Part shown: positions 12,260 to 26,009 of the stretch, one piece after another
How the letters are laid out: every line of letters starts with the position of its first letter
Numbering within the stretch: the stretch's first letter is position 1
From: Octopus vulgaris
Lineage: Eukaryota
Direction: 5' to 3'
Assembly: GCA_951406725.2 (NCBI GenBank)
Contig: OX597815.1
Span: forward strand, 163,680,001 to 163,744,000
Length of the DNA stretch: 64,000 bases
Translations under genes and position numbers: made by a program
Notes under the pieces: generated by a model
Databases searched by the model: none
What the model saw: only the letters and a program-made list of their open reading frames with translations
Told to the model about the DNA's origin: nothing

Positions 12260-13850
12260 TATCTTATGGGTCTGAGTTGAAAGAAAAAGTGGTTGATCTG
12301 TAACAGTATTGGGAAAGATTCTGAACTTGTTGACTGACGTTGTACTGTTGGCATGATTTCATTGTAGAACGACGTTGGCGCCAAGGATAGGTTTGGAATT
12401 ACTTAGCCTAACGGCGTGGTCTTTTATCCGTCAATGTCCAATGAGTTTTTGATCAAGGTACCTTTTATTTGTAATTTCGTTAATAATGTTTAACTAGAGT
12501 GTCATGATCCGATAAAATGGTTCCTTTGACGTAAGAATTGAGACATTAAACAGCGTCGACTTCTACAGCATCATTATTAGACACCATGCAATAACAAAAC
12601 GTGGTTCCCTTCAACCGTTTGGTTTGTAAAGTAACAACGTGTATCCTGTGTCTGGGACTGCCAACAGACGCACCCAAGATAGGTTTTCCAGCCCTTTGGG
12701 CTTTGTATCCCACCTCCAAAACAACCTAACCATTGTCAGCTTCCTAGAGGTAATAGATTTAGGTTTAAGCTCATACAAACCAGACCACAAGCCAAATAGA
12801 AAGTTCATCTGCATCTACATTAACACCAATCTTGCGCATTACACACATGTGTAAGAAGTCTTTCAGCAAGCACACAGTTCCGGTCTCCTTGAGTAAGTTT
12901 TGACGTGAGCTCACCGTAACCCTGAAGCTGGTTATTGTTTCAGTGATACCATTACTTGCTCATTCAATGTTCACTGCAAAGTATAAGCCATTGTGTATGA
13001 AGCTGGAGTCAGTTCAGGAGGTGTGCAACAGTATGTGCAACAGTATGTGCAACATAAAGCGCTATACTTGATTGGCGGAGAGTCCATTCATAAAGAGCCC
13101 ACACAAACACAATGCAACCTCAAGGAACTTCAAAAAGTAGAACATCACTACACACTCCGAGCACATTTAGCAGTTGAAGGAAAAGTCGCAAGCTATGAAA
13201 TCAAAATAGAAGCTGTTGGAGAAATACAATACTATACTAATAACAAAAGGAGATGCATGTTGTATTTAGAGGTGAAAAGACGATTTCTTACTGGCTGGTC
13301 TGTCCTCGGAATATACGTATGTGCCATGTCAGAAATACTAATACCTTGTTTCAAATGGGCAGAAGTACATTCTGGTCTAAACAGTATCAGTGAAATGACA
13401 TCTTCACTCATATCTTTCCTACCACTGTACCCCACAGCAAACTTTCAATTTCATGTTTTTCTTCCTTTATCGCCCTCTTCCTACAACTTTCTCTCCCCCT
13501 CTCTCCCATTTCTTCTCCTCCCTCACTTTATCCATTTCCTTTCCTCTGCATCCATTGGTATCCATTCATTTCTGTTTCATAAACACTCATAATATTTAGC
13601 CGAAACTGATTTCAATTTCAAAACTGACCTTTAACCTCACCAGAGGAGAAACTCTTCCATCCCCGATTGTGAGTTACTGCATCTACTCTATTAGTTATAA
13701 ATAATGACAACATTTCTCCAAGAATAATAATGTTTCTCGAAAGGTATTGCACGTAGAATTTCCGTAACTTCGATTTTCAGTTTGGCAAAGTATGACTCAG
13801 TTCATAAGGGGTTCACCTGATGAGTGTGATTCATTAATTTTGCACAAAAG
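12260..13850. mobile_element. Cluster of rearranged, decayed Penelope-like RT/GIY-YIG fragments
   Basis: Plus strand NLTIVSFLEVIDLGLSSYKPDHKPN..IYINTN (PLE RT C-terminal pattern FLD..L....YKP..KPN); minus strand LKQGISISDMAHTY (RT motif B-like); degenerate hammerhead CTGATGA-GTGTGA..TTGCAC-AAAA at ~13817. Confidence 0.5.
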
Positions 13851-14152
13851 TCTGTTTGTCTGTTTGTTAGTATGCCATTGTTAAAGTATATTATACATTC
13901 TCACTATATTCATAACAGAAAAGTGATCTTTTATGTTTCCTACGAAGATCCGCAAAGAGTCAGGTATACACAGCTATTTCAGTGTATACTTTGGAATTAC
14001 AACCTTCTAAGATATATCTTTCCCTAATATATCAAGAATTATAATTTAAAGATCTATTTGCTTATGACACTGTTAAAATAAGCCACACGCTCAAACACGC
14101 ACACACACACACACACACATACATACTTATACACACACACACACATACTTAT

Positions 14153-14184
<32 letters not shown>

Positions 14185-14212
14185 GTATGTATGTACGTAT
14201 ATTCTTACATGC

Positions 14213-14262
<50 letters not shown>

Positions 14263-14294
14263 CCATGCTGAACTGCTGAAATCTATAAGTGTTT

Positions 14295-14452
14295 TTCATT
14301 TTCTCTCTCTCACTTTATTTTCTCTTACTTCTTTCTGTTGAAGAGCGTAGGTTCGAAACGTAAAAGATTTTTGCATTTTCCTGGGCATCAAACAAATACA
14401 CTTACTTGTTGTTCATACACCTGTTTTCGTCTTTTGTTTTTCTATAAATTTC

Positions 14453-14510
<58 letters not shown>

Positions 14511-14670
14511 TTCAAGGTTACAGAAAAACAAATGACGAAGACAGGTGTAGGAACAACAAGCAGGTGTATTAGTTCAACGCTCGGGAAAAATAGAAAAGTC
14601 TTTTACGTTTCGAGCCTACGCTCTTCGACAGAAAGGATTAAGAGGAAAAAATGGAGAGAGAATGAAAAAC
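14295..14670. mobile_element. Inverted pair of family H elements flanking a (TA)n tract
   Basis: ~14295-14456 (+) and ~14508-14670 (-) are reverse-complement homologues; hammerhead-like motifs at 14331-14366 (+) and 14600-14635 (-). Confidence 0.8.
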
Positions 14671-14845
14671 AGGGAATGAGAAAAAAACAGTGTAGAGTTC
14701 AGCAGTCCAACATGATATACACACATACATACAAACAAGCATACATACATACATACATACATACAAACAAGCATACATACATACATGCATACATACATAC
14801 ATACATACATACATACATACATACATACATACATACATACATACA

Positions 14846-14878
<33 letters not shown>

Positions 14879-16239
14879 CAGTTTCTATGTATGTGTGTGT
14901 TTGTCCATAGATGCATATATATAAAAGATTATCTACGTATACATATATGCATATATATGTGAGTGTGTGTGTGTATGTGTGTGTGTATAAGATCCATGCA
15001 TGAATATACACACACAAACACATATGAGATGTATTCGCCAAAATATGAGATGCGCCGTAGGCACGGACGCGCTCCTAATTATTAGGATATTTTGTAGCAG
15101 AAGAAAACAAAACGAAAGGAAACAAAAAAATCCGTATGGTCCATCATACGTTTAGTGAAAGCAGTTTCGAAGTAGTTTTGTGAGAAGAACATTATTTTGT
15201 GCTTGCAAATGTAATGTTGACTGGTATCAAGTACAAAATCATATACATTTGCATTATACTAACCCAAGGAAGAAAAATAAATCGTATTTATTCTAGATAA
15301 AAAGAAATACGGTTGATTGGTATTAGTGAATGCAGGTACTCGCAAACAAAGTTAATATATCGGGAAAAATTGGTACAATCCAAGCAACAAAGTATATGAG
15401 AATGAATTTCTATTGTTACAGTATATGCAGAGAAAGCAAGCAAACATACTTTTAAATATTAGTACACAGCAAAGAAGAGGGAAAAATAACAAAATATTCT
15501 AGGAGAAACTTGTGCGTCAGTAAATAGCATAGCTTACATAGCTAGGCAACAAGGAACAATAAATGTTGAAAAAATAAAAACAGCAGACTTTTAAAGCTGA
15601 TTTTATCATTGTTTGCAAATTGTAAAAACTTATCGTGTACAGAATATGTAAATCATTACGCTCAAAACTTGAAATCTGATTCCCCATAACAGGAATTCTT
15701 TGAAACAGTTTAAGGCTACAATATTTGATTGAAACAATAAATTGTCATCCTTATTATCAATGAAACTATTCATTGATATCACATTTTCAAAATGGTTATA
15801 CAACCAGATCATCTTTTATGCTATTCTATGTCCTTCTGATTCACAAACAACGGGGAAAGTAAGCCTGTTATTACTTCCTGCCGGTGTCACTTCAAAATCT
15901 AAAGCTTACATTCGTTTGTTCCGTTCCTTCCCCGCAGGTTTTTAAAATCACTCACTGACTGAAAGATTAGATCTGCTATTACAGCTGAGTCTTCATTTAC
16001 ACAAAATTTCCTTTTAACACGCTCAGTCTTTTGAGCTCCAAACTTGTCTTAAACAAAATTACCATCCATTTTGCCTCAACTCCTTTAATCTGATTGTGCC
16101 CTTGGAAGAACATATGGCAAGAGCTCATGCAAGGAAATTGCCACAGAAATCACGTCTGGTAACTCTATAAGCCAATGAAGATTACGTTAAATGGTCATTA
16201 ATCTACTAAAAATAGCAGCAACAAGATATAGGAATTCTA

Positions 16240-16511
16240 TATTTAAGAGATGAGGAATTAAGTACATTATTTACATTCGATGGATATTTGTCTTCATCTT
16301 GTTTGATGTTAACACAACGTTTCGGCCGATATATCCTCCAGCCTTCTTAAGGTGTCTTGGGGAAATTTCGAACCTGGGTTCTCATTCCTGAGGTATTTGT
16401 CGTCGTCGTCGTTGTTGTTGTTGTTATGGCCACTGCTTGGAATCGAACTCGGAATCTTGTGGTTAGCAGCCTGCGCTCTTAACCACTACGCCATATGCCC
16501 GTGGGCATATG
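16240..16511 (-). mobile_element. tRNA-Ser-like-headed short element carrying a hammerhead motif and a terminal hairpin
   Basis: Reverse strand GGGCATATGGCGTAGTGGTTAAGAGCGCAGGCTGCTAACC..GAGTTCGATTCC (16428-16500), then GACAC-CTTAAGA-A-GGCTG..CGGCC-GAAAC-GTT-GTGTT (16311-16356); hairpin CATATGCCC-GT-GGGCATATG 16492-16511. Confidence 0.7.
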
Positions 16512-17011
16512 AGATATAATAGATTGGTAATCCTAGACTTACAGATAAGATGGTCACAGGTGGAATACCATTAATCATTTAATTTTGGTCAATGAAGCGG
16601 CAAGAAAACAACAACAATCGCTGTTGTTTAAAACTGCAGAATTGAAAATTGGCATCGGCAAGATTTGAACTCGTAGTGTAGAGCTATATAACAATATATA
16701 CAATTTACTTTGCACAGCATAGAGTTCATTCCAATACATAGTTATCTCTTTTCAAGATGCTGTTGTAATGAGAGTGGGGTCGTCCACAATACGTTACAGA
16801 TCTTAAATAGAAAGATAGAAGCATAACGCAGTAGAAAGCTTTGCATCAAGGGTGCTTGTTGCTTGGTTACATACAGTAGTATATATATATGTACATGCAT
16901 ACATACATACGCACGTGCGCATATATACTCATACGACCATATATTTGTATCTATCTATATCTTCTTCCTCGTATATATATGTGTGTGTGATTGCGTGTGT
17001 GTAAACATATA

Positions 17012-17047
<36 letters not shown>

Positions 17048-17074
17048 CACGCACGCACACACACACACACACAC

Positions 17075-17125
<51 letters not shown>

Positions 17126-19729
17126 AACACACATACATATATATATAATGGGCATGCGTATTTCGTCACTGACTTCACACAGGCTGAAGGGTCTATGCAT
17201 GATTTTATATGGTGGTATGTTGTATATCATTTTTCATTCCTCCTAAGTTAAAATTATTTTCGCTAATAACAATAACAGAGTAACAACACACAACAAGAAA
17301 ACAATAAAACTAACAATAAAAACAATGTTGGTGGTAATGTCAGTTTTGGTGGTGGTGGTGGTGATGGTGGTGGTTGTCGGCTTGTTTAATTGCTGTCATT
17401 AAAGGAAATGTTTTCACCATTTCTCCATAGCTTTCGTGTTCCCCTACTGTTCATTACAGCAAGTCACAAGTAAAAATCTCTCTGCCCGAGATCAAAGCAA
17501 AAATCTTCTTCTAAAATGCTCTCCTTCGCTGTCATTCTCCTTCTCGTATCCTGTATCTTTCTCCATCTTTCTCCCGCCTCTTTCCTTCGCTTTCCCTCTC
17601 TCACTTGCAATTTACGCCTTTCCCCCACCACACACATCTCATTCTCCTTCATACACATGCACGCACACCCATACGTATTCATACGCTTAGGTTCATTCAT
17701 TTGCTCTCGTCTCTCGCAGACTTTCCCTTCATACATATACACATGAATATACTCACACGCTCCTCCCATACACATACACATAAACATTCGTGCAGTGATT
17801 CCACCTTGTGCACCATTCGAGTATAGCATTTTCAAAGCAGTATGCAACAGTTCTCAAGTTAGAGCATAACAGTTGTCTTCAAGCATATTCGACGCTAAAA
17901 GACAAGTGACAACCCTTTTGCACAGTAAAAATTCAATTAATTTTTTTTCATCTTTCTCTTGAATTGCTATTTTTTTTATTTTTTGCAATGTTTTCTACGA
18001 TGTTTTCCCCTAGATAATACCCCATATTCCATTTATTCTTCACATTTCAAACACAATTTCTCAAATGTGAGATGTACGTCTACTGATGTGTATGTAGAAC
18101 ATGGCGGATTATCTGAAGAAAAAAATAAATAATAAAAAATAAATAAAAATAAAATGATTTTAAAAGATGAAGGAAAATATCAAACCTGATTTCTAAGAGC
18201 TAAGAATGCACCCTTGACATGGTAATGCAACCAACTTATCGACCTATTAAAAATAGCAGCTAAATATACCTCAAAACTACACCCCACAGTCAAAGGAGAG
18301 GAAACTATGCATTAAACAATGTAGTCTTAGATTTACAAAAGTGTTCAATCTAAGCTAGCTAAAAACGACATAAAAAGAATATGGAAGGACAAAAAGGACA
18401 AAAAAAGAATATGGAAACAACATTATGATTTCTACGTTTTGAGATAAGCTTATGGGATTTAAACATTTCTGAATTACTTCTCTTTAGGAAATGTAAAACA
18501 GTAACTAAATGAAAAATGTAAAGATAAATACATACTAAAGTAACGCTGAACAAGCGGCTGTTAATAGTCTCAAAGCATTTAAGCAGAAGTAAATATAAAT
18601 AAATAAATAAATAAACATGTAGATATATTAATTAATTGATTAATAAATTAATAAATAGATATATAAGTATAATATAATATTTATCTCTCGTTAGATAGAG
18701 TAGTTGTTTTGTTGATCTTAACATAACGGAACAGTAAATTATGTATGTGTGTGTATATGTGCGTGTGTGTGTGAGTGTGTGTGAGCAGTAACAAGAAAAT
18801 AAAAAGTGAAAGTTCATAATAATTCCTCATAGATAGATAGATATTTTGAAAATCCATAAGCTAATATAACGGATAAAAAGAGAGAAGGACCTGCATAGAT
18901 TTTCCTAGTGGTTCTTCTGCTTAATTATGTACATATTTTTATACTCCTATATAACTATTTTATAAATGCTTTGATGTTGTTAGCAACCACCTATCCATCG
19001 TATATTAAACTACAATTTCCTTAGCTTGACTTGTATATTTCGAGTATTCAAGTATTGTTTACCGGGATTCCAGCTCCTTTCGTTAGCATAGGACCCCGAG
19101 GACTGTGAGGCCCCCGGACTAATAAATTTCCTAGGCCCTATAGTATTTATTTTTTGAGATTATCCCAAAGCGTATGCAGATGAGAACTGGACTGCGAGAG
19201 CTGTGAAATCCCTGGTATTATTTTTGTAGTATTATTTATTAACACCAAGCCGCAGCATAAACCACACTTAGTCCTACGAAGCTCTCAGGCAATCGTCCAG
19301 TGTGTCCATGTCTTAAGACAGCGCAAGTTAAAATTTTCTAATATCAATGTCTTTATATATCTAACTTTCAAGAAATACCAAACATATATATCTCCCCACC
19401 AAATTAGTGATCATTGTATAAAATAGAAATTCACATTTTATAATGAGGTTCAAGTTCTATTATCTCTGAAAATGCTTTCGATTACGGCTCTATTTGAATA
19501 TAAGTTTGAGTCGGGTACCAAACTTTGTAGAATGAAACTATAAATTTTAAATCATATGAAACTTTTCCTTTTGATACCAAATGAAATGTAAAAGCCTAAC
19601 TTTAAACTCTAGCCTTAGTGAAGAAGAATCAATCCAGTAATGGACAAGGGAAGCCTAGTATATGCCGAACTTGACAAACTTAATTAAATTTCAGCATATA
19701 TTGATCATTAAGCTCACATTTTCTTATCA

Positions 19730-19940
19730 TATTGGTTTCAAATTTTGGCAAATGGCCAGCAATTTCGGGGTAGGGGAAGTTAACTCCATCGCTCCAGTGT
19801 TCAACTGGCACTTATTTTATCGACCCCGAAAGGATGAAAGGCAAAGTCGACCACGGTGGGATTTGAACTCAGAACGTAAAGTCGGAAGAAATGTCTCTAG
19901 ACGATTTTACCAGCACGTTAACAATTCTGCCGGTTCGCCG
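19730..19940 (-). mobile_element. tRNA-derived SINE family B; further copies ~32995-33200 (+), 33615-33810 (+), 45610-45835 (-), 46430-46632 (-), 62790-62920 (+)
   Basis: Shared core GTTCAAAT.CC.CCG.GGTCGACTTTGCCTTTCATCCTTTCGGGGTCGATAAA. Confidence 0.8.
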
Positions 19941-20715
19941 TATTTCATTATTATAATAAAAGTAAAAACTGCGATTGCAGCCTCAATCTGAGCGGATAGT
20001 GATCAGGCTTAAAAGAGGGCTTCTAGAATCTATGGTTCCTGAGCCCCTGTTTTCCAAAAAAGAGACAGTATTCAAACAGCTCTACAGTTTGGGTTCAATA
20101 TCCGTTATAAACATATTTCGCCTCGTTTACTTTCAATTCAAAATTCGTAATGATATTTACAGTTATTTTATCTCTTTTACGAACTGTGTTTATGATTTCA
20201 GAGAAAATATTTTGACTTTGAAATCGAAAACACAGATTTTAGAGATAATTAAAAATGGTTAGCAAGAAAAAAAAACACCTGAAATGTAATATCAAACCAA
20301 CTTTATAGTATATGGAGGAATTATAAAGAACATTCCTTCAAGTCATCAAAGTATACAGACAACAAAAATTTAAAGAAGAGAAGATTGAAATGCATTAAAG
20401 AGCTTTATAGATTGTGGAAAGTGTTTTAAATTTCGTGATCAACGTAGAAATATTAATCGACGTTAGTTGAATTGAATTTACTGTTACTTTATTTCTGTTA
20501 GATATTGTTTTTATGATAAGAGCAGAAACTTTTAAAAACAGCTTATTACTTAGAGACAATTCGTAACTGCACACATTGATATCACATAGTTCCGGGTTCA
20601 GTCCCATTGGGTGACACCTTGGGCAAGTGTCTTGTACTATAGCAAACAGGCCGACCAAAGACTTGCGAGTGGATTTGGCTGCAGTTAAATGACTGAAATA
20701 AATATGATAATAAAA

Positions 20716-20763
<48 letters not shown>

Positions 20764-22076
20764 GTAAATATTGAACGATAAAAATGAGTTCTCAATACCT
20801 TATTGGTGGATATAAGTTCTTTATTTGTGAATGAAGGCTAACATTGGCTTCATGTTAAGGAAAGTAGGAAAATAGCCTAGTGTCGTAACAATTTTTCAAG
20901 CTGGTCACATGGAGAAAGGTGATTGCCTCCATTTTGGAAGACACAGCCTCGTTTATATATTTATGTGTGTGTGTGTGCGTGCGTGTATGGACAGATAGAT
21001 AGATAGTTAGATAGATCATATCATATTAGGCAGTTAGGTTAAGTAGCTTAAAATATGGTTATCATACAGCTCTCGCAGAGAATATCGAATTAGAGGCCAG
21101 GAATAAATGTGATCGGAAAAACTTACATGAAATTTTCAACCTTATTCTTCAACAACACCCTTCGGCTGAAGGTTTGAGAGTGATCACCGTGTATATGCAT
21201 GAACATTTACATATATCTGTAGATTTTTGCGTACAGCATATGCATGCGTATCATGCGTATATACAGGTGTATATGAGTGCATATGTGTGTGTGCGCGCGA
21301 GCGCAAGTGTGTGTAAGTAGATATGAACGTTTGTAATGCTAGCAGTAAATCTAGAAGAAACAGCTCAAAAAAATATGGCTGTTCACGTTGAGTAAGTAAT
21401 AACAACACGTATCTTTGTCATGAACATGTTTGACGTGTTCCTGTCAGCTGGGAACTAATGCAATTGTTTAGTGAGTGCAACGAGCAGTTTTGGAGTATTG
21501 CAATGACATAAAGAAAATAATTCTCTTGTCATAAAACTGTGTTGACATATGCAAAACTTGAACAACTAACTGCAAAGATAACAGCCGCAAAGATGTTAAC
21601 AAACAATTGTTGCTTGAGACTGACAATCAGGAAAAATGTATAGTTAAGACAAGCTTTGTGGTATTTGAATTTAAAACGTTAAAGAACATAACTAAATGCA
21701 TCAAGGCATTAAATTCAGTACGTTGTCGTTTCTGTCAATGCACGGTTTTGTATAGTTCACTACTTCTGCTAGAAATATGGGCATCAATGCATTACTAGAC
21801 TGATAAAACATTCTAGCCAACTATTTAAGTCATTCGGGATATGTAAAAAAGGATGACAGTTTTGTTCAAAACAGTATTGTCAGACACAACCAAATTACAT
21901 GTATATAAAACTGTGGCTAAGATTACATGCTTCAAGTACTACTACTTAGAACTAGAGAGCTTAATGCAGTTTTGTTGTAGAGCTAGAATAAGAATTTTAT
22001 TGAGTTGATAAAGCAGTTGAATGCTTGACACAGAGAGCTAACGGTTACAACTTAGCTGGGCTCAATCCGACTGGCT

Positions 22077-22352
22077 ATACATACATACATACATACATAC
22101 ATACATACATACATACATACATACATACATACATACATACATACATACATACACATATACACACATACACACATACATATATAATTACATACCTACATCC
22201 ATAGTAGATATACTATATCGGTGTGAATGTGTGCGCGGATGTATATACAGACACATATACACACACGCACAAACATACATATGTATATACACACAGATGA
22301 TTGGTAGACAGACAAATAGATAGATAGATAGATAGAAAGAAAGTAAGATAGT

Positions 22353-22416
<64 letters not shown>
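22077..22416. repeat. (TACA)n and (GATA)n tetranucleotide arrays
   Basis: Directly visible. Confidence 0.95.
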
Positions 22417-22417
<1 letters not shown>

Positions 22418-23321
22418 TGTTAGATGGATGGATAGATATTCACACACATGCGCGTGTGATAACATATATATGCTAATGCGTGTGCATGTATATGTTTATT
22501 TGCGTGTATACTAAAAATTCTTATTCAACTTTGTTGTTCAACTACGTGACTCTAGCTTTTGTCGATTTATTTCCCCTTGCTCATCTTAGCTTCATTTGTG
22601 TCAATTATGCCATCAGTGTGTTGTATGATTTTTTATACCGTGTCTACCTGTTTCATTCTGCTGGAGACAAATAAGGCAAACAGCTGTGCTGATGGCATCT
22701 ATTGAAGGAGAAAGACTTGTCCACAGGTGCCCTCTTGTCTGCAGACAATCAAACTGACTTTTCTTCAAAGGAATGTCTATCTCAGTTCTTAATTCTTGAC
22801 TAATCCGCTCTTCTCATTTCAAGTAGGTACCACTTACCATCTACCGATTGTTCTATCTTCTCTGGTCCCGGAGATAATGTCAGTAAATCAAGCATTCAAG
22901 TACTAAACGTCTATACGAAATGCCGTCTCAAGAGGAATACCACAGTGTTACAGCGTTCTTATATCAACGGTGAGTAGGATATAAAGGTTGCTATTTGGAA
23001 ATAATACTGCCTCTGTCGATAATCTCTAATCTTTAATCGGCTAACCAGCTATTTGTGACAACAAAGCTTGATTAGTCACTGTTTTATGTATATCAGAGGA
23101 AGCGAGGTTTCATAACAAAAGTGATAGTGGATATCCAGCGCTGATGAGGCGCAACACTTTGAAATCTCGTGATCTAGCAGTACCACCATCGGTGCTGGAC
23201 AATTTTCGTCTGCTACTGATACTTCTGTGCTTTAATCAGTAAATAACTACACGAGATGCTCTCTCTCAAGACAATTTTCAATATTACGATTTTCTTAAAT
23301 ACACGCATGTTAATTAGGACA

Positions 23322-23432
<111 letters not shown>

Positions 23433-23639
23433 AACAAAACAACACAAACGGAAAATTTTACAAAAATAGCAAACAAAATTCGTACTTTATTCGTCATCGG
23501 ACAACGTCCAAAAGGTCATTACAATTTCGCGCCTTTAACGTAGATGTCGTTCACATTTGGTGGCGTTAGTGGCGAATAGCCATAGACAACCATAGAAGTA
23601 ACTTCTTTTTGTGTGTTGCCGGAAGGGTTACCTTCAATA

Positions 23640-23835
23640 GACTAAATACTGTCCTTAGAAAGCTAGGTGTTCCCGAAAAGCTGCTCAATGTTAAAGGATG
23701 ACGGCTTCTGTCAGATCTAGCGGAGAAATGTCCGATTCATTCACTGCTTCAAATGGGACAAAGATGGCTGTATTCTTGCACCGTTCTTATTTGCTCTGTA
23801 TTTCCCCGTCATGTTGGAAACAGCGTTCGAGGGTG
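23640..23835 (+). mobile_element. RTE/BovB-like LINE reverse-transcriptase fragment
   Basis: Frameshifted translation VLRKLGVPEKLLNV..GMTASVRSSGEMSDSFTASNGT..GCILAPFLFALYFPVMLETAF. Confidence 0.75.
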
Positions 23836-24419
23836 TCAGCTACTACTTATTCGTAAATACGTAGAATATCTGTATTATCTAGTTTATTATCTGCCAGCAT
23901 TGTATCTTGAATTTATGTAAATTACATGCCTATAATTACCCGCAATTTAGATTCGTTAATATATATTTATTCACTTCTGAAAGGAAGAACAGACAATGGA
24001 TATTTAAATTCTCCAGACTTGTTCGTTTCAAAGAGCAGTTAACACATCCAAAACTCAGCAAAAGTTTACAGATCCATTGACCAAAAGTTAAATAAGCGAC
24101 GGACGTTATTGTAGCCTAAATACTGATTTATAGATGTCGCCTGTTCTATAATATATATTTCCGATGCTACAGTGGAAGCGAGCATTACTTAGCATGGCTA
24201 TCTATGATCATCAACGAATGAAAATATTTAACAAAGCGATTAATGAATAACCTGAAAGATATATTTGAAATACCACCTAGAGATAAACAATGAAGATTTG
24301 TAAAGTATTCCATGTGAAGACACTAGAATTACTCAAATATAAATACATATATATATAGATAACACACTAAACATAAATGCCTGGTCATGTCTGAACCCAA
24401 CGTGGTTCTTGATACACAC

Positions 24420-24641
24420 ACACACACAGACACACAAACACACACACATACACATACATATATATACATACATATATATGACGGGCTTCTTTCAGTTTCC
24501 GTCTACCAAATCCACTCACAAGGCTTTGGTCGGTCCGAGGCTATAGTAGAAGACACTTGCCCAAGGTGCCACGCAAAGGGACTGAACCCGGAACCATGTG
24601 GTTGGTAAACAAGCTACTTACCACACAGCCACTCCTGCGCC

Positions 24642-24642
<1 letters not shown>
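24420..24642 (-). mobile_element. Family A SINE, 5' half
   Basis: Reverse complement of GGCGCAGGAGTGGCTGTGTGGTAAGTAGCTTG..GAAAGAAGCCCGTC. Confidence 0.85.
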
Positions 24643-24724
<82 letters not shown>

Positions 24725-24879
24725 TGGTGTCAATAAGACCCACAGGTGTCAGGTAATGCCGAGTAAGTGCTATGGACAGACTATAATTAAGCTCCAGGTT
24801 CGGTGATTATGCGAGTAAGTAGTCCAACGTAGGTCATATATCATCATGTGTATAAATATTTTTTTCTGAATGAGATAAC

Positions 24880-25620
24880 AATCCAAGGCTGTGAATATAT
24901 TAGAGCATTTATAAATAGGTCTTACAGCTGTTTCCCAGATATTTTTTATATCCCTTCATCGCAGACGGTGTGACAAAATGGTTAAGCAATAGTTAATTTA
25001 GATAAGATATGAAATAGAGAGTGAAGTGTAGGAATGAAAGTATATGTGAGATATGCAGGGATCTATTATTTAGGCAGAATGGTATACATATAAGATTCCA
25101 ATACATTGTGAGTAAATTCCAATAGTATTTAAAATTGGTCATTCCAAGTATAGAGTTTGTACACAGTGCTATTGAATCGAGGGTTTTATTCAAAGTGACC
25201 TAAAAGTAGGGAATGTATTTGTAAGGTCAAATCGAAAACAGGAAGAGAGGAATAAAGGAAAGAAAACAAAACAAAAGAAAGAAAAGCAAAGAGAAAGAGA
25301 TAATAAAGAGATGAAGAGAGGGAAAGTGTACCAGTTAGTGGTCAGTCAAGATAATTTGATAGTAGGAATGGGGAGGTGAGGGTGATAAAGAAAGAAAGAT
25401 ATGAGGGTATAAAAAGATGATAGGGTAAAGAGTAGAGGAGTGTCAGACAGAAGGAATGGGGGAATGATACAGAGAGAGAGAGAGAGAGAGGGGTATAATA
25501 GTGTAAAAAGTAAAGAAGTGTCAGGTATGTAGTGATAGAGCATAAGTGATGGGGCAGAGAGAAGGGAGTACGGGTATTAATATGGTGGCATATAGATTAG
25601 ATTGGTTGGACAGGTCAGTG
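24880..25620 (-). mobile_element. Penelope-like 3' end/pseudo-LTR with degenerate hammerhead at 24919-24966
   Basis: Reverse strand GTCT-GCGATGA-AGGGATA..TATCT-GG-GAAA-CAGCTG-TA-AGAC (palindromic helix III); CT-rich upstream tract. Confidence 0.5.
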
Positions 25621-25676
25621 TTTAGTAGAAGAAGAAAATATATATGTGAAGATGTATACAGATGCATATATTAAAC

Positions 25677-25740
<64 letters not shown>

Positions 25741-25743
<3 letters not shown>

Positions 25744-25924
25744 GGAGTAAACGAATAAATGTGAAACAAGGTGGAAAAAAGAGTACTCAAATACCAGTGG
25801 TAGAGTAATATGCTTTATTTAAAGCAGCAGAAAATTCAACAAAACCTGTATATATGTATACCATTCTAGCAAAAACTGTCCGATGAACGGCAACGGGAAA
25901 CTCAGAGTGACAGGTTTAAATAAA

Positions 25925-25925
<1 letters not shown>
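25741..25925. mobile_element. Short fold-back element inside (TA)n with hammerhead-like motif at 25876-25913 (+)
   Basis: CTGT-CCGATGA-ACG-GCAA-CGG-GAAA-CTC-A-GAG-TG-ACAG; AAACCTGT/ACAGGTTT and CTTTATTTAAA/TTTAAATAAAG inverted; long (TA)n on both sides. Confidence 0.6.

Positions 25926-26009
<84 letters not shown>

Noticed and set aside
12993-13592. 199-aa plus-strand ORF
   Set aside because: No recognisable domain; antisense to decayed Penelope-like fragments and ends in a CT-rich tract
16428-16500. Functional tRNA-Ser gene (likewise other A/B-box heads)
   Set aside because: Acceptor and anticodon stems pair poorly, no long variable arm, and it continues into repeat body
23136-23180. Hammerhead-like CTGATGA..GAAATC-TCGT-GATC; similar weak motif near 30995-31020
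   Set aside because: Helices I and II do not pair convincingly at 23136 and the second motif has a damaged core; too degenerate to call
24387-24608. Recurrent ORFs like DGLLSVSVYQIHSQGFGRPEAIVEDTCPRCH as a gene family
   Set aside because: Antisense translation of the family A SINE
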